Of a stretch of 26,052 nt of DNA, positions 25,663 to 26,052 are shown piece by piece. Position numbers and translations under genes: made by a program. The DNA is from a virus (taxonomy: Duplodnaviria > Caudoviricetes), in IMG/VR virus record IMGVR_UViG_3300030330_005228, positions 1-26,052 of that record; one strand, given 5' to 3'. A model generated the notes under the pieces. It was not told the origin of the DNA, searched no databases, and saw only the letters and a list, made by a program, of their open reading frames with translations. How positions within the stretch are numbered: position 1 is the first letter of the stretch; every line of letters starts with the position of its first letter.

Positions 25663-26052
25663 ATTTTTTTTGCCATTCTTTTGAAATTTTGTCCTCTTTA
25701 ATTGGACCACCCTTCGCCCAGGTCCTACATGCTCTAGCAGAGTGACACTTAAAATGATGCATCCAGCAATAACCCAATCTTCCTTCTCCATCGGAAGTAG
25801 GACCTGGCATACATTTATCCATTCTAGGTGAAATATCAAAGGCTGTGCAGTTTGCACAAACAGATTTCTTTGCAGCTTTGACGGTTGTGTTCCAATATTC
25901 TGCTATGTCTTTCCAGTAATCTCCGGGCTCACTAACATTAAGTGGGCCGTATTGAATATGCTCTGCTTTTATTGAGGCGTCACGATTTTTAGTATTTAGT
26001 TTTAAATCTTGTGTTGCCTCGGGGCAAAGCATCTTTTTTAGTTTTTTTAAAA
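25652..26052 (-). CDS. Cys-rich protein with HiPIP-like Cys spacing (possibly 5'-partial)
   Basis: CANC...C...GYCWMHHFKCHSARACRTW. The frame stays open upstream of ATG 26032 to the window edge. Confidence 0.65.
   Translation of the reverse strand, partial: LKKLKKMLCPEATQDLKLNTKNRDASIKAEHIQYGPLNVSEPGDYWKDIAEYWNTTVKAAKKSVCANCTAFDISPRMDKCMPGPTSDGEGRLGYCWMHHFKCHSARACRTWAKGGPIKEDKISKEWQKKYEK

Noticed and set aside
369-25701. Plus-strand ORFs in the track (e.g. 1483-2073, 4635-5126, 10208-10672, 21422-21949) and short alternate-frame minus ORFs
   Set aside because: All are nested in well-supported minus-strand genes, lack RBSs or motifs, and look like antisense or frame shadows.
4406-25857. Longer track starts at 4447, 9145, 10881, 16858, 17871, 18512, 25328 and 25857
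   Set aside because: They overlap terminators or upstream genes. Downstream ATGs have better RBSs, stop-start coupling or begin with the shared leader.
1-26052. Genome-wide stop-codon reassignment (TAG or TGA), as seen in some large phages
   Set aside because: Core genes are full length in the standard code. TAG and TGA stops are directly followed by the next gene; the terL TAG is followed by TAA.

Overview
A 26-kb, AT-rich slice of a large T4-like (myovirus-type) tailed phage genome. All credible genes lie on the minus strand, tightly packed, in the standard genetic code, mostly with strong Shine-Dalgarno sites. In transcription order (right to left): a Cys-rich CxxC protein (partial), a Zn-finger-like protein, a hypothetical, terminase large subunit (gp17-like), portal (gp20-like), two hypotheticals, a cluster of small or accessory genes (GNAT acetyltransferase, DUF1360-like CxxC membrane protein, three MKLT-leader proteins, an unannotated 18-aa RRCC peptide), prohead protease (gp21-like), a hypothetical, phage-encoded ribosomal protein bS21, a ~9-kb block of fibre/virion proteins, scaffold (gp22-like), major capsid protein (gp23-like), a papain-like Cys-His-Asp protein, a decoration-like protein, a basic coiled-coil protein, neck protein (gp13-like) and a >583-aa gene running off the left end. 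The best candidates for an undescribed system are (1) two families of shared N-terminal leaders (MKLIxENWRxFLxE and MKLTxExLKxLIxEE) fused to unrelated cargos including enzymes, which suggests capsid-targeted, protease-matured effectors, and (2) a hidden Cys-Cys leader peptide whose UGA stop is in frame with the prohead protease and lies in a predicted three-way RNA junction next to the protease RBS. A recurrent ACTAHTTA motif is a candidate late promoter. Family calls come from motif recognition by eye; no database searches were run.
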